Positions 1 through 13,100 of a stretch of DNA of 64,000 nt are shown piece by piece. The notes under the pieces were generated by a model. The model was given only the letters and a program-made list of their open reading frames with translations. It made no database searches and had not been told where the DNA came from. Position numbers and translations under genes: made by a program. The stretch covers positions 719,342 to 783,341 of the forward strand of contig JAHDYR010000005.1 of NCBI GenBank assembly GCA_019828565.1. Direction: 5' to 3'. Numbering within the stretch: position 1 is the first letter of the stretch; each line of letters opens with the position of its first letter. The DNA comes from Carpediemonas membranifera BICM. Taxonomy: Eukaryota; Protista; Fornicata.

Positions 1-89
1 ACCGGCCGGCAGTGGACGCGTTTCCCAGGAACCCACAGGGCAGGTGCGTTGCCCGAGCAGAAGATCTCCTCCCGAGCATCCCATAGAGA

Positions 90-3000
90 ATGCCTCCTCT
101 ACGCAAGGAGCGCACGAGAACCGAGAAAATCGCGACCCAGTCCGGTGCGGCGACCCTAAAGAGGTATAGCAAGATAAAGGATCCCTTCAGGGTGGATCAC
201 CAGCTACAGTGGTGGCAGAATCCCAGCCGAGAAAGGGAAATAACGGCTACCGTGCTAGAAAATGACATCCTGCTATACCACTACGCCCTGATAACCGGAA
301 GGCCATGGTGGGTAAACCAGGCGAGCCTGGAAATCCACCGCGAGGACCAGCGCCGGCCACTGCGATGCGGGCCGGCCTTCCTGAAATGTTGTTCACCTCC
401 AAGGCCGATTACTCCCTGACGGGTTTCCCAGCCACCGAGCCGGCGGCAGCGCCACAGGCGGGCGAGGCAGGAGGGCTCCCAGATGGCTGACACTCCGACT
501 TTTCGAGACCAGGTTTCGGCCACAAACACAAAAGTTCCCCAACAATAGCCATGGGCCGGAGATGATGGGCAGAAGCTGGAACAGAGCTCACCAAGCTTGG
601 AAAACAGCTTAGCTACAGAGGCCGAAGAGTGGCAAAAGTCCGAAGAGCAGCCGATTCCATCACTCGCCAAGTGCAACAGCTTACCACAGTGATCTTCTCG
701 AGGGATAACGCCGCCAGCTTCAGGATTATCGAGCCCGCCACCCGGCCTAGATCGCTGCTGTTCCGGAAAGGCTAGTTGCCCAGCACTCTCAGGCCTGCAG
801 GTCGCAAAAGCCTCACAGGGCCTGGGATCCAGGACAAGGTTCAGCCCAGCAGAGCGCCGCCTGGCTCCCTCAAGGCGGGCGGCCCAGCCCACAGCCGGCT
901 CCCTGGCAGAAAGCGCCAGGTGCGGACAGAGCCCACAGCAGCGTCAGCAACAAGTGGGCGGCCCTAGGTCGGGCCTGGGAGGATGCCCCGCCCGTCCCCC
1001 TGGCCCCCGAGCCCACAGCAGGAGAGCTTCGTGACGGACAGGCCGTCAAGCCCTGAGAGGAAAAGGTGGCATGTTCTCCGCGATAGCTGTCTACAGCAGG
1101 ACCGATGCGGGTGACCAGACCTGTGTTGGTTGGCAGGACACCACGGATTCAGCCCTCAACGTGCGGCGACGAGCTAGCCGAGTGAGGCCGAGAGACTTAG
1201 TGCTTCGCTGGACGGTTCCGGGCTTCCAAGAGCTGTGGAGCCGCATGGGATACTACTACCCGGCCAATGCCATTACAGTTCATCCACCGGACCTCTGCGA
1301 CGCTTCCACCCTCGTTAGCAGGATCGCAAACATCTGGATGGCGGACCAAGGGTGCCAAGCTGCTCGCCACCGAATCCACAGGGGACGGCCCGCCCAGGGC
1401 AACGAGCAAACCGACAACCCACCCACGAGGGCAGCCCGTCACCCCCACCGAATAATGGCAGAGCAAGTGCAGGTGATAGCCCGCCCAACGGCGGCCCAAG
1501 GACGGACCCACCCACCAGGGGCAGCCTGGGCGTTGCCCCGCACAACGGCGGCGACCCGACCGCTGGCCAACCCAGCATGGGCGATCCAGTCGCCCCCTCG
1601 TTCATTGGGGGCGAAGCAGGTTGGAACCCAACTAGCGGGGGAACCCCGCCACCATGCCCAGCGGCGAAAGTGCGGGCTCGGAGACCAGGGGTACCAAGAT
1701 GGCCCCGGCCCAACGCCGACGACTCGGCCAGAAGAGTCCCTGGCAGTGATAGTGACGTCAACCCGCCAAAGGGGTAGAGAACTGTCAGCCAACAGCAGAC
1801 TCCCCCGTCCTGCCCGCTCACCAACCCGCAGGGCAAGAGGATGCTGATCGGGTGCATTGACTTCGAAGCGTCCAAAACCCGCATCCAAGGCGGGGGATGA
1901 GGCCGTCATATGCGAAGGGGCGGTCATAGTCTTTGACCCCACCAACGGGAATATCGTCGCCAGTCTGCACGGGATGTTAGGCGAAGATATTCGGGTGGCC
2001 GACCTCGACCAGGCTCTGATGAGCTCAAGAATTCTCCACGGTTGCCCCCAGCCACCTTCGTCGACATCACCACTGGGCAGGCCCCCCAGGGATTCGAAAG
2101 CACATTCCCAAACAGCACCACATGGTGCGCGGAAATGATCGATGCCCTCCGGCGTCTCGAAGGACACCATAACGCGTTCATCCACCTGACTGCCAAAGGG
2201 GTGGAAGCTGAACGAAGTGTCCTCACGAGCGCCAAATACGTACCGGATTCCACGGCCAGGGCATGGGTAGCCACCCACCTAATCGATGAAGCCGGCCTAG
2301 ATGCGGTGTACCCCGTCTCAATAGCACCCTCACCCTCTTCTACCCCCCCTCCCAGGAGGACCGCCCGGTCCGAGAGACCCTCCCACAGGAGGTCCAGAAG
2401 GCAACCGAGCAGGCCAAGGTCTGGACCCGCGACCAGCAAAGGAGAAGGGAACCCAAGGGGGCTGTGCCCCTATCACAGAAAACGCACCAGCCTACTGTCA
2501 CTGTGCGCTTGCGGATGTATCGCTCTTCTACACAAGACTCTCCCTGGCCATCCACATGCTGTATAACCCGTGGACCTGGGCTGATGTGGGAGCGGAACTA
2601 ATCGCACGAGGGAGGGGGGAAAGTGACGGGGGCACAAAGCCCCATCATTAGAGTAGGACACGGGGTCCCAGACCTGGCTGTAGAGATCAACCGCCATAGA
2701 GGGCGAGAGGTCATCACACCCCTGGGGCAACTACAGCACGTGATCTTTACCACCAAGCCGCGTCCGAAGGAAATCCACATGGCCAACACGACCGCGCAAG
2801 AGTTCAGCACAGGAAAAGGAATCCTAAGGGTCCTTGAAAGGAGGGGGCGTAGCCGTTCTCAGCCCGGACTCCTGCCCAAGCACGAGACCCCTGGTCGTGG
2901 AGCTCCTATCCGAGTGGAACGGTAGGCGCCGCGTAGCAAGGGAGAAGGGCTACTGGCCAGACTTCTATGGCAACCGTACCACCCTGGACCCCAGGGTCAT

Positions 3001-4308
3001 GGAGCAACTCCCGGTCAAACTCCACCCCGAGCTCCTGACCCTATCCCAGGCAGCCTCGCTGGTCCCGCTCCATAAGCATGACATGATGCATGGGGGCTCA
3101 GCCCAGCAGCTGAGACACCGGCTCACCCACTGCCTGGTGAACATCGGCGATAGAGCACCAGCGGGCGTCCCGAAACTCATCGTAAGCGCGGAACTCCGGC
3201 GCCAAGATAGAGGGCCCAGGCATTATGTCAACTTCTTCCCCTCGGTTCTTCCCCTAGACTGGGGCATCCGCACAGTAGAACAAGGAGGGGAGCCTGGAAG
3301 ACGCCGCCCGAGCGCCTTGGGCGAACCCCAATACGACGGCACCCTGGCCCTGGGATGCAGTCCCATGATGAGACTACCCCCCATCCGCCTGTGGGACTTC
3401 CCGTACACCCAGAACAACGACGGGCACAGGTCGCAGCGAGAGCAAAAAGAGGCTGTGACCGCGGCAAGGGGCCGCGCTTAGAGCCTGCCTCGAAGAGCAC
3501 CGGGAGAGGCTCACCAACGAGATTCACCAAGGCATGGAGTGGCCGGCCCTAGGGCTGCTTGAGGGCCCGCTCACCGAGAACCGACAGGTCCCCACCCCGA
3601 ACCCATCTCAAAGGAAGGTGAACGCCACCCCCTCCCCCAGCAGGCTCCAAGGGGAAACAAACCCCACCCCCCAACCCGCGCCAGGTAACCCCCGCCCACC
3701 CCACCCCCAAGGGCAATCATCACCCCCTAATGCGCACCAGGTAAGCCCTGCTTACCCCACTCCCAGAGGAATGAACCCCCCACCCGGCCCCGGGACAGGC
3801 GATCCTCACGCCTCACAAAGAGGCCAACCCCCCGGCGATGCCTCTGAGCCAGGCTTTCGAGCACCGGCCCCCGCCGGGCGGCCCCGAAGGGAAGAGGCCC
3901 CCAAACCCAAGACTGGGCACGGTCGATCAGATGGGTGCCTACATCCAAGCCCTCTTCCAAGCGGAGGTGGAGCGAAGAGCTGAAGAAGAGCGGCAGCGGA
4001 TCATGAGCCATTACGAAGAGGAAGTCTCCCGGCTGAACAACGAGGTTACCCACCTCCAAGGCCAGCTGGCCAAGGAAAGGGAAGCCCTAGCAAGAGGAGC
4101 GAGCGAGCGCCAGCGCCTCCAGCGCATCGCCGAGAAATCGGAGGCCTTCAAAAGAGCCAGCCTCAGGCTCCGTGAAACAAACAGAGTCCTCGAGGCCAGG
4201 CTTGAGGAGGCGCTTGCCGCCGCCAACGGAAGCGACGAGGAAGAAGAGCTCCTACGCATCGGAATGGAGCACGAGAGCGACGAACCAGATCAAGAGATGC
4301 ATGAGTAA
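90..4308 (+). pseudogene. Element A ORF1 (multiply frameshifted): DEDDh/Maelstrom-like domain at ~1841-2520, Pro-rich linker, C-terminal coiled coil
   Basis: Across frames: CIDFE (D at 1859), ICEGAVI, LPPATFVDITTG, LTAKGVEAE, CPYHR..YCHCALAD. Coiled coil in ORF 3838-4308. True start uncertain; frameshifts may be assembly errors. Confidence 0.7.
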
Positions 4309-5035
4309 CGAGCCATACCAAAGCAGTGGAGGGAAGAGTGCAGAGTCTAAAGGGATGTGTATATATAGCACGTTAGTGTAGGACTAGGTGAAGTGAAGGC
4401 GCCGGAATAGGTGCAGCGTTGGAGCCCGCCAGAAGGGCTGTACTGGCGCCAATGCCCGGGTGACTTTTTCTTTTCTTAAAACCCCTGTTCCCCGCAGGAA
4501 CCGGGGGCGGGTAAGAGGCAGTTGGAACGCCATCGAGGACCCGCCTGTCCGGCAGGCTGGAACTCCAGCCTTGGGAGGGGCGCCGAAAGGAGTCGCTCCC
4601 ACCTATGCGTAGTTAGGTAACGATGCTGCCAATGTGCGAGGCCAGAAGCGCTATAGAGACTGGCACGAAAGTCCCGACAAGCACCGCGAGGGCGCGGCCA
4701 GTGAAAGGGGTGGTACACCCTAGGTCAGCTCCAAGAGGGAACCTGGGCCACGTCTGGGGACTCTGGAGGAAGCAGCCGTTCTGGCCAAGCACCCCATGTG
4801 AATGGCGCATGCTTCTGGGTCCTGGAGAAATATCAAGGGCAAAGAAGACGCCTACCCGGGCCGCCCACCAACAACCCACAGGGCGGGAAGCGGCCCACCC
4901 AACGTGCTAAACAACGACGACATAGGCGCTCACCCATTGGGAAGGCAACTATGCAGATGCTAAACCCCAACAACAAGATGAAAGTGTGCAGGTAGTGCAG
5001 AATAAGGAGTGCAGGTTAAGGCAGTAACAACCTGA

Positions 5036-8000
5036 ATGCGAATAGTCTCCCTTAACAGCCAAGGACACTTAACGGGCAATGAAGACTACAGCGGATCTAT
5101 AGCGGTAGCGCTTCGCAAGCACACGAGCCCGGACGCCCTCCTCTTGCAGGAAACATTCAGGTACGGTAACTCCGTAGTCCCCTGTTGGGCGGACCTACAA
5201 TACGCATGTGCAGGGCACGCCAAACCCATCAAGGCTCGAAAGGGCAAGATTAACCTAGGCGTAGCCACGGTGATCAGCCCACATTCACAGGCAACCTGGG
5301 ATGTAGGAGTATCTGACGGCACGAACCCCCGAGTTCAAGTTAGCATCCTCGAAACCTCAAGGGCTATCGCAGTCATCAACATATACGCCCCTCCAAGTGA
5401 CCGCAGCGCAGCGGAGCTAGACCGCTTCGACCAACAGCTGGAAAACATCGTCAGAGAGTACCACGGCTTCGAGATAATCATCATGGGGGACTGGAACCGT
5501 GACCCGCGGAGCCTGCGCCATGCCACCAGCGCCACACTACAGCGAAACAATCTAGACCTAGTTTTCCCTCGTCTCACACATACATGAGTGGGAATACCAC
5601 CTCGACGCTGGATTATGCAGCTGTATCTGGGGGGATCACGAGGGCCAAAGCTAGAGTCATTGACAAAGCTGAGATGGGGCATTGGGGCTCCCCCATAGGG
5701 CAGTGGAGCTAACCTGGGACGAACCGCATTGGAAGAAACAACCGGCCAAACCCAAGCTGGAAATCCCAGGAACAACCACCTGGAATGTCCTCCCAGAGCG
5801 CAACGGGGGAAAGGGCAAGGGAATGGCCGCAACCCGATGTGGAGCTCCATGTAGATACAATCGAGTACCAAATACGGGAACTCTTATCGGTGGGATTTCA
5901 AACTTCCGCTAGGAACGTCAGACCAGGGAGATCGCAAAAAAAGGATCCCGGAGAACGTATGGAAGCAACTCATCCTAGCCCGATGGAACAAAGCGGGGGC
6001 CGCGGAAATCAAGCGGACCCTGAACAACGAGCTCCAGAAGTCATGGAAAAGCTTCAAGGAGGAGTGGACGCAGCAGGTGGAAAACAGCGCAAGGGCAGGG
6101 TATAAGACCACCAAGAAGGTCATAGCAAAACCAGGTCCACAGGTTCTGGAACGAGAAACAACACGCAGGGCTACCGGCGATGCTCAGAGGAAAGAGGTCG
6201 ATCTTAACAAGGGAAAACGAGATAGCTAGGGAGCTGCAGAGGCAATACGCCCAAGTCAGTAGTGGCATAGCACCTAGTTGGGACCAGATCCCGGCGGCCC
6301 AAACAACTGATCAACCCCCACGGAGGAGGAGGTCACGGCCGCCATCAAGTCCCTGAAGAAATCATCGGCAGGAGGCCCGGATGGTATCACGGGCGAATGT
6401 CTGAGAGACCTCCCCCAGGCGGCCTACAGGGCAATCACATGCCTCTTCCAGAAAGTATACGAGTCTGGGGAACTACCCACCACGTGGAAGTACGCCTCCA
6501 TCTCCCCGATACACAAAGTAGGGAAAGATAAGCTACTGCCAGGATCCTACCGACCCATCTCACTCACCCCCTCCTCTACCGAGCATATGGGAAGGTACTC
6601 AAATGGAGGCTCAAACCAACAGTTGAGAGGCACACCCCCAGAGAGCAGATCGGCTTCATGAAGGGAAAGACAGTCATAGACCACATCGCCCTCCTAACCC
6701 AACTGCACCAAGAAGGAGACCGGACCAGCGTGCTGCTCGACATTGCAAAGGCGTACGACACGGTTCCCAGGGACATCCTAGTCAGCAAGCTGATCAATAT
6801 GGGTGTACACCCCCACCTAGTCAGAGCAGTACAAAGCACAATGGAGAGGACCTACATTGCGGTAAGGGGATCCGACCTATGGTCCGAAACGAACCTAGGA
6901 GTCAAGCAAGGTTGCGTGGTCGCCCCCACCCTATTCATACTATTTACGGCCAACTGGATTAGCCAGGCGTCACTCAGAATACAGTACGGCGAGATACCAG
7001 ACCCGAAGCTTCCCCCACCCACCACAGACCCGGGAATGGCATCATAGCAATGTTCGTAGACGATACGAGCATCTCGGCAAAGAAAGAAAATGATGCGGAG
7101 TCCCTCACCGCCGCAATGGTGGAAGTGATAGTGGCACACAAGCTGTGTATCAGCCCAGGAAAGAACATCGTCATAAGTACCAATCCAAATGCGGAAGTGC
7201 GAATTCAAGGGGAGGCCACCCGAGCAGCGGAGTCAGGCCGATACTTGGGACTCTGGATAGCAAGTGGCCCTCATCCGCTCAGCGCATGCATCGCAAAGAA
7301 AAGAGAACAGTCGAACAAGTACATCGCCCTCGCCCGGAGAGTGGGATGGACTAAAGGCTCCACGCCCGCGGCTGTCTCCCGAGTCCATCCTCCGCACCTT
7401 CCTATGGCCAAAGATCGAATTCGGAATCGAAATCTGGGGGCCAAGTCCCAGGAGGCAGAAGGCTTTGGAACGACTGGCGAGGACTCATGGCGGGAACCGG
7501 ACCCGGTGGAGGGGGTGTCGCCCGCCTGATGATGGGATGGATGTGCTGGGAAGCGGACATGGGTGTAAGAGCGGTTAGAATCCGCGAATCGGCCCGGGAC
7601 CCTGACCGCCCATCGCCCCTAGCGGACTTCGACTGGGGAAGAGCGAACCCCAAGTCCGTTATCGGAAAGCTGAACAAGTGGGCAGACAACGTACTAGATC
7701 TGGCCCCTAGCGACCTTCACGGACCCAGACCCAGAGCAATAGCCGGGGGATGGAAGATGACAGCACGAGACATCGCCACCAAAGGTAGCCGAACAGCCAA
7801 GGCGGCCGCCGAAGTGCTAGCTGCGGAGGCAATGCAAACAATGGCAGGCGGGAGAGCACCCAAGAAACCAAAGATTATCAGAGGGGAGATGATGCTCAGG
7901 AGGGAGCTGAAGAGGGTAGTTGCAACAGCCTCCAACACGCTCCCCTCCGCTAGCAACAGCCACACAACTCGAGGAGCCGCGCTCATCATAAGCAGGAGGT

Positions 8001-8408
8001 ACCCTGGGCAGGAAATGCTCTGCGACCGTATCCAAAGAATATGCCCGATATGCACACTCGCAGCCGAACGCGAATTGATCAACTACCTCCAACTATACCC
8101 CCCCCCAGGCGCAGGCGCTAGTGGCAGTAGCCGGGTGGCTGGAAGACCAACCGCTAGGAACACAAAGCCACATCATAGCGGAGTGCCAGGGCGTCGGCCG
8201 CCCAAGTGGGTGGGAGCAGTGCTGGGAAGCTGCGGCAACACACACCATGGCAAGTAGGCTGCGGCACGGCCCAGATGGGGAGTGGTATAACTCCAGGGCC
8301 ATATTGGAGCTCCACTGGCTACTGCAACAGGAGGATGAAACAGTGAAGGAGGGTCTATTATGCGGGAAAAAGGCCCTCATGAACCTCAGAACAGGCCCAG
8401 ACCCCTAG
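5036..8408 (+). pseudogene. Element A ORF2: APE endonuclease, reverse transcriptase, C-terminal Zn finger (frameshifted)
   Basis: SLNSQG, LQET, INIYAP, MGDWN; YRPISL, LDIAKAYDTV, GVKQGC, MFVDD, YLG; CPIC...HIIAEC. Colinear with the intact ORF2 of C. Confidence 0.88.
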
Positions 8409-9553
8409 GAGGAAAGCCCTGGGTGAAGACAAGGCACAGGGCGGAACATTCCTGGAACCGGCGGGAGGTGTTTTCCCCCCACATGTTCCGGTAGCGCCCG
8501 GCCGCACACCCAACCCAACCCACGCAGCAAGGGGAGCACTCTGATGCCTGCATCACACTTGAAACAACTCCCCCACCACCAAGAGGGGACAGGCCCAACC
8601 CACAGGGCGGCCTGGAAAGGTGGCCCGAGCACCGACCCCAAGCGCAGCGGGCCTGGAACCAATGAGGACAACACCACATGTTCCGGTAGCGCCAGGCGGA
8701 GGGAAGGCTGCAAAGGACCACTAAGGGACAACCGCATACAACAAGCACGAAATAGGGAAGGCCTGGCAAAACAGCTGGGCCAGTAGGGCGCAAGCGTCCG
8801 GACAAGCAGTCCGGCGCATCCCTCCGGCGCGCAAGGGGGTACCCCCTCCCCACACAGTGGGGGGCGCACCAGGAGGATGATGCATGGCAGACTGGCGGAG
8901 GTACTGGATGACGCAAGAAGCTACTCACTCCGTCGGTAACCTGCCGGGAAGGCAGGGCCATCCTGATGTGGCCCGGCGCCTAGCCAGGAACACTGGAAGA
9001 CGTGGCAACCGCCCCTGGGAGCTCCCCCCCGATAATGGGAACCTGGAGTGAAATCGGACAGCGCTAGATGAGCCCGAACGCAGCCGGCAAGTCCGTGGAA
9101 GTCTACCTACGCGGCGTCGGTGGGTTCCTAACCCGGCCCAGCTGGTACGGCGAACTCTAGACCCGACCCCGCCCTGGCGGGTGCCTGAAACATGGCGAGC
9201 GGGTCGAGGAAACTCCAGGACCTCCCTAGGGGACCCGGGGGAGAGGGGAAACGTACGGAAGGTCCCTGACAGCAGCGTGCAGGGCAAGGCTTTGTAGGTG
9301 CCAGGCAGACCTGGGACCCAAAGGGCCCCTAAGAGTAAGACCTGGGTTAGCCTAACTTTGGGGGTATTAATGTGGCCATGTATAGGATCCCTCTAGCGTA
9401 CCAGCTAGGCCTTGACGGCCGTTGTTCACGCCCTCTTAGGAAGTGTTAGGTGTGCTCTGTAGAGGTACCAACACGCTTAGGCGTTCCTCGAAGGGGTGAC
9501 ACAAACTGTGACATTCAGCTTACACAGCAGGACGAGTAGCAGGACACATTAAA

Positions 9554-9572
9554 TTCTTTCTTTCTTTCTTTC
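9554..9572 (+). repeat. (TTTC)n 3' tail of element A
   Basis: cattaaa-ttctttctttctttctttc; same tail type at the end of C and of the 83-bp stubs. Confidence 0.75.
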
Positions 9573-9814
9573 TCTCTTTTCCGCTTTTCGTTCGTTGTTG
9601 CTAGTGTTTCCTCTGTTTCTCTGCCTGCTAAAGCGTACTGGAAGTCTATGAAGCTGTGGACTCTTGTGTTTGCTGTTCTCCATGTCTCTTGTATACAAAC
9701 CGCTTCAATGTCTCTGAGTTTGGTTTGAATTGCTGTTGCTATTGATGCCGTGAAGTCCTTTCCTCGTCCTATGTGCCCCTGAGTGTTCAGGCTTAAGATC
9801 TTGAACGTTTCCAT
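9573..9814 (-). CDS. Element B ORF2 N-terminus (APE), cut by element A
   Basis: METFKILSLNTQGHIGRGKDF...IQETWRTAN, very similar to C ORF2 up to NEKRK. Confidence 0.85.
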
Positions 9815-10146
9815 GTTGTACTATGCTCTGATCCTTATCCTGCGAATTCTGAGAATTTCTGCAGGGGCTAAGGGTTCACTGTGTCTCTGTCCCGTCAAGG
9901 GGCCTCGATGCCGGTCTTGGTAACCCTTGGCGGGCCAGCCTCCGTGCTTCTTGGTGACCGATTCGCCCTCGGGCATGGATACTTAGGAGGGGGCGCAGTG
10001 GCGTGACCCCCCCTTTGGCTGCCGCCTGCAACCTACTGGCAGTGCCCGTGGGCTAATGCCAGGCCCTGGTGGGAGCCAGGGTTATATAAAGAAAGAAAGT
10101 CTGATACACTAGTTTCTGAAAGAATACTGCTTTATCTCTGATCCAC

Positions 10147-13100
10147 TTACTCCTCCGAGACCTCACTTTCACTGGCATCATCATACGGTTCAGGGTCGCG
10201 GGCCTGACCACCTTGCATGTTGGCCATGAAGGACATGAACTGTGTCATCATCTCCATGGGGTCCATCTGTCTGGTGGTCCTGGTTCTCCTGCTCTTGTTC
10301 CTGCGACGGGGCACTACCGCGGCGTCTCTGTTCTTGACCATCTCAATCGGTGGTCTGACAAGGGGGTCGGGTTCAGTGCCTGCCAGGTCTGCGGGTCTCT
10401 GCCGGGCGGCCTTGAGGGCTGAGATTTCTCGCTGTGCCTCTGCCAGTTGAAGTAGGAGCCTCTGTTTCTCGGCGTCCTGCTGGTCTGGTAGTCTGCTTCT
10501 TACCGTCCCAGCGGTGTCGTCACTGTGTCTGCTCCTCTTTCCTGACTCGGATGGGTCGTCTCTGCCTTGGCTGCCTCGCTTGCCGGCTGCTGAGGAGTGG
10601 TTGCCTCTGCGGTTGTCTCTGGCTGTTCCAAGATGTTCTCTAAACCACTCGTTTCTCTCCCGCTGGCGCCTCTCTGCCTCTTCGAAGTCGGGTCTGATCC
10701 GGAGACCGTCCTGTTCTGCTCTGTTGGCCCTGGCTTCCAGACGTTCGAGCTCCGTGTCGCGTTCATAGATTTCAGGACGTCTGATTTCTCTGTCGATGAG
10801 GCGCCCAGCCTCTCTGTCGTCAGGGTGTCTGATGTCTCTTTCGGTGGGTTGGTCAGCTTCTCTGGCGATGGGGCGTCTGACCTCATAGTCAGCCGGACGT
10901 CTGGCCTCTCTGTCGGCCAGGTGTATGGCTTCTCTGTGGGTGGGATGTCCGATCTCTCTGCCAGTAGGGCGCCTGACTTCCTGGTCGACCGACCGTCTGG
11001 CCTCTCTGTCAACTTGGTGACCCACCTCTCTGTCGTGGTGTCTCTCATCTCTGATGTCCGAGCGCCTGATCTCTCTGTGGTCACGGCGCTCGTCCTCGCG
11101 GCGTCTGTCCACCCGGGTTGCAGGGTCCAGGATGTCTCTGAAGTTCCTGCCTACCACTTGGTGCTCGACTTCGCCGACTGCCGTCTGGAGGTGAGTGTCT
11201 CTGTACGTGACCCTGAAGGGCATCTCGTCCTTGCCGTCCACGTCGGGTTTGTATCCGCTGGGTGGGATGCCCCCCATTCTGACTCTGGCCTCTTCCGGGA
11301 TCACTGTGGTGACCATGCGTCGGCCTTCCCAGCGCATGCGCTTCAGGATAGACCCCGCGTCTCTGGTTCTGATCAGTCCCCAGTCTCTGGGGATGAATGC
11401 GACTCTGATGGAGGCTCTGGCGTTCGGGGGGCTTTGACATTGGCTATGCGCCCTTCAAACTCTCTGAGTGCCTCTGCTAGCTCTTCGCATCCCCAGGTCT
11501 CTTGCCGGGCGATGCGCTCTCTGCTGGGCCACCAGTTGACGAGCTGTGACAGTGTGACCATGTTCTCTTCGTTGTGCGCTCCAAGGCCGGCTCGGCCCTG
11601 GACCGCTCTGAGTTGCTCTGGGTTGTCTAGCTCCTCTTCCAGTGTCCAGATAGGGTTCCTAGTGACTCTGTTGTCTCTGTCAGTGAAGGCGTCAGGGGAT
11701 AGGAGCAGGCCCTTCATCCCCATCGCTACCTCTGCAAATCCGAAGCCAATGCCGAACCTGTGTTCTCTGTCTGGCACTACGAGGAACCTGTTGCCCTGGT
11801 GCCCGTCTCTGATCTCTCTGAACGCTGGGTGGGGGCCAAACTCCTGGAACGCTGTGTGCCTCGGCTGGAACCCCAGCCCTGCTACGATGTCACTGCTTTC
11901 TCTGGCTGCTCTGACCTCTTCCTCAATGGCTGGCTGCAGCAGTCTGAGGGCGTCCTCTAACTCACCGATGCCGTTGGTGCCTCTGAATAGTGCTAGAACT
12001 CTGATTGCAACAGAACAGTGTGCTGTCCGCCAGTGCGCAGTGATAGCACCCCGCCGTGTGGCTGTGGTAGGGGCATACTCTCTTGGGTGCTTCCCGTGAC
12101 TGCCACCGGCTGGTCCACAGGTCTAGCCACTCCATGCTCTGCGCGTTGTTGTAATTGACTCTGAATCTCTGTTCGAGGTCGGGTCTAGCCCTGACCAGCA
12201 GCGTTGGCAGCTCGTTTTCATCCACTAGTCTCTGTGCGAAGTAGTCTCTGCTCTCTGCGGCTAAGCCGTTCGCTGCGTCTGTGAGGAGGAACATCTCCAT
12301 GTGCTTTCCCTTGGCGAACAGGTGGACTCTGCAGCCTTCTCTTCTCTCATACGCTTTGAGCTCCGTCGCTAGACGGTCGCCCCACGCCTGGAAGGTGTGG
12401 ACGTGCTGCTCTAGGTCTCTGGGGGGTCTTCCTGTCGCTATGTCCACGAAGGTCGCTGGTGGTAGGCCTGTGACAGCCCATGATGTGTGCCTTGACTGCT
12501 CGACTCTGTTGAGCGGCATGTCCTGGTAGAACATACCGTGGCCGTGGCCGACCACTTCACTGCTATCCACATCTATCATGACAATGCCTCCTTCGACCGG
12601 GATCGCTGGTGTGCCTTGTCTTGAGCTGCCCGTGTAGCTGCACTCAAAGTCAATGGCTGCTAGGACAAGTCTCTGGTTCGGCTGGGTCTCTGATAAGGGC
12701 AGGCTGCTGGTCTCGTGCTGGCTCCTCCCTTCGCCTGCCATCCTTCTGGCCTCCTGCTGATCTCTGATATGCTCTTGGACGATGTCTTCCAGGCTAATCC
12801 TCGGCGGCACCTCCTTGTCTCTGTTCACACTGTCTATAGGAAGCTGAGTGCGCTTGCCTGATGCCTCGCCCCCCAGCACCTGCCGCTTGGGGGTTCTTGT
12901 GGTTCTCTTGTTGGCACTGACTCTGTTTATCCTCTGAGACGCTGGGGTTGCCGGGGCTTGGCTACCACAGATACTGTCCGGCCTCGTCATCTCTACGTCG
13001 CTGTCGATGTCCGTGCTAGCAGACCTGTCCTCCTGGGAGGCATGTTCGGCTCTCTTGTCACGGCTGATCTCTGCTCCGATGATTTCGGCTCTGACTACTG

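Larger units (their letters stand above)
1..9572 (+). mobile_element. Non-LTR retrotransposon A (APE-RT); 5' end outside window; inserted antisense into ORF2 of element B
   Basis: Fragmented ORF1 homologous to those of B and C, then APE-RT ORF2, a ~1.15-kb 3' UTR, and attaaa + (TTTC)n tail like C. The tail abuts the broken ORF2 of B. Confidence 0.88.

Noticed and set aside
10597-12099. 500-aa + strand ORF and similar antisense ORFs
   Set aside because: Shadows of real opposite-strand ORFs in GC-rich, biased sequence; no motifs.
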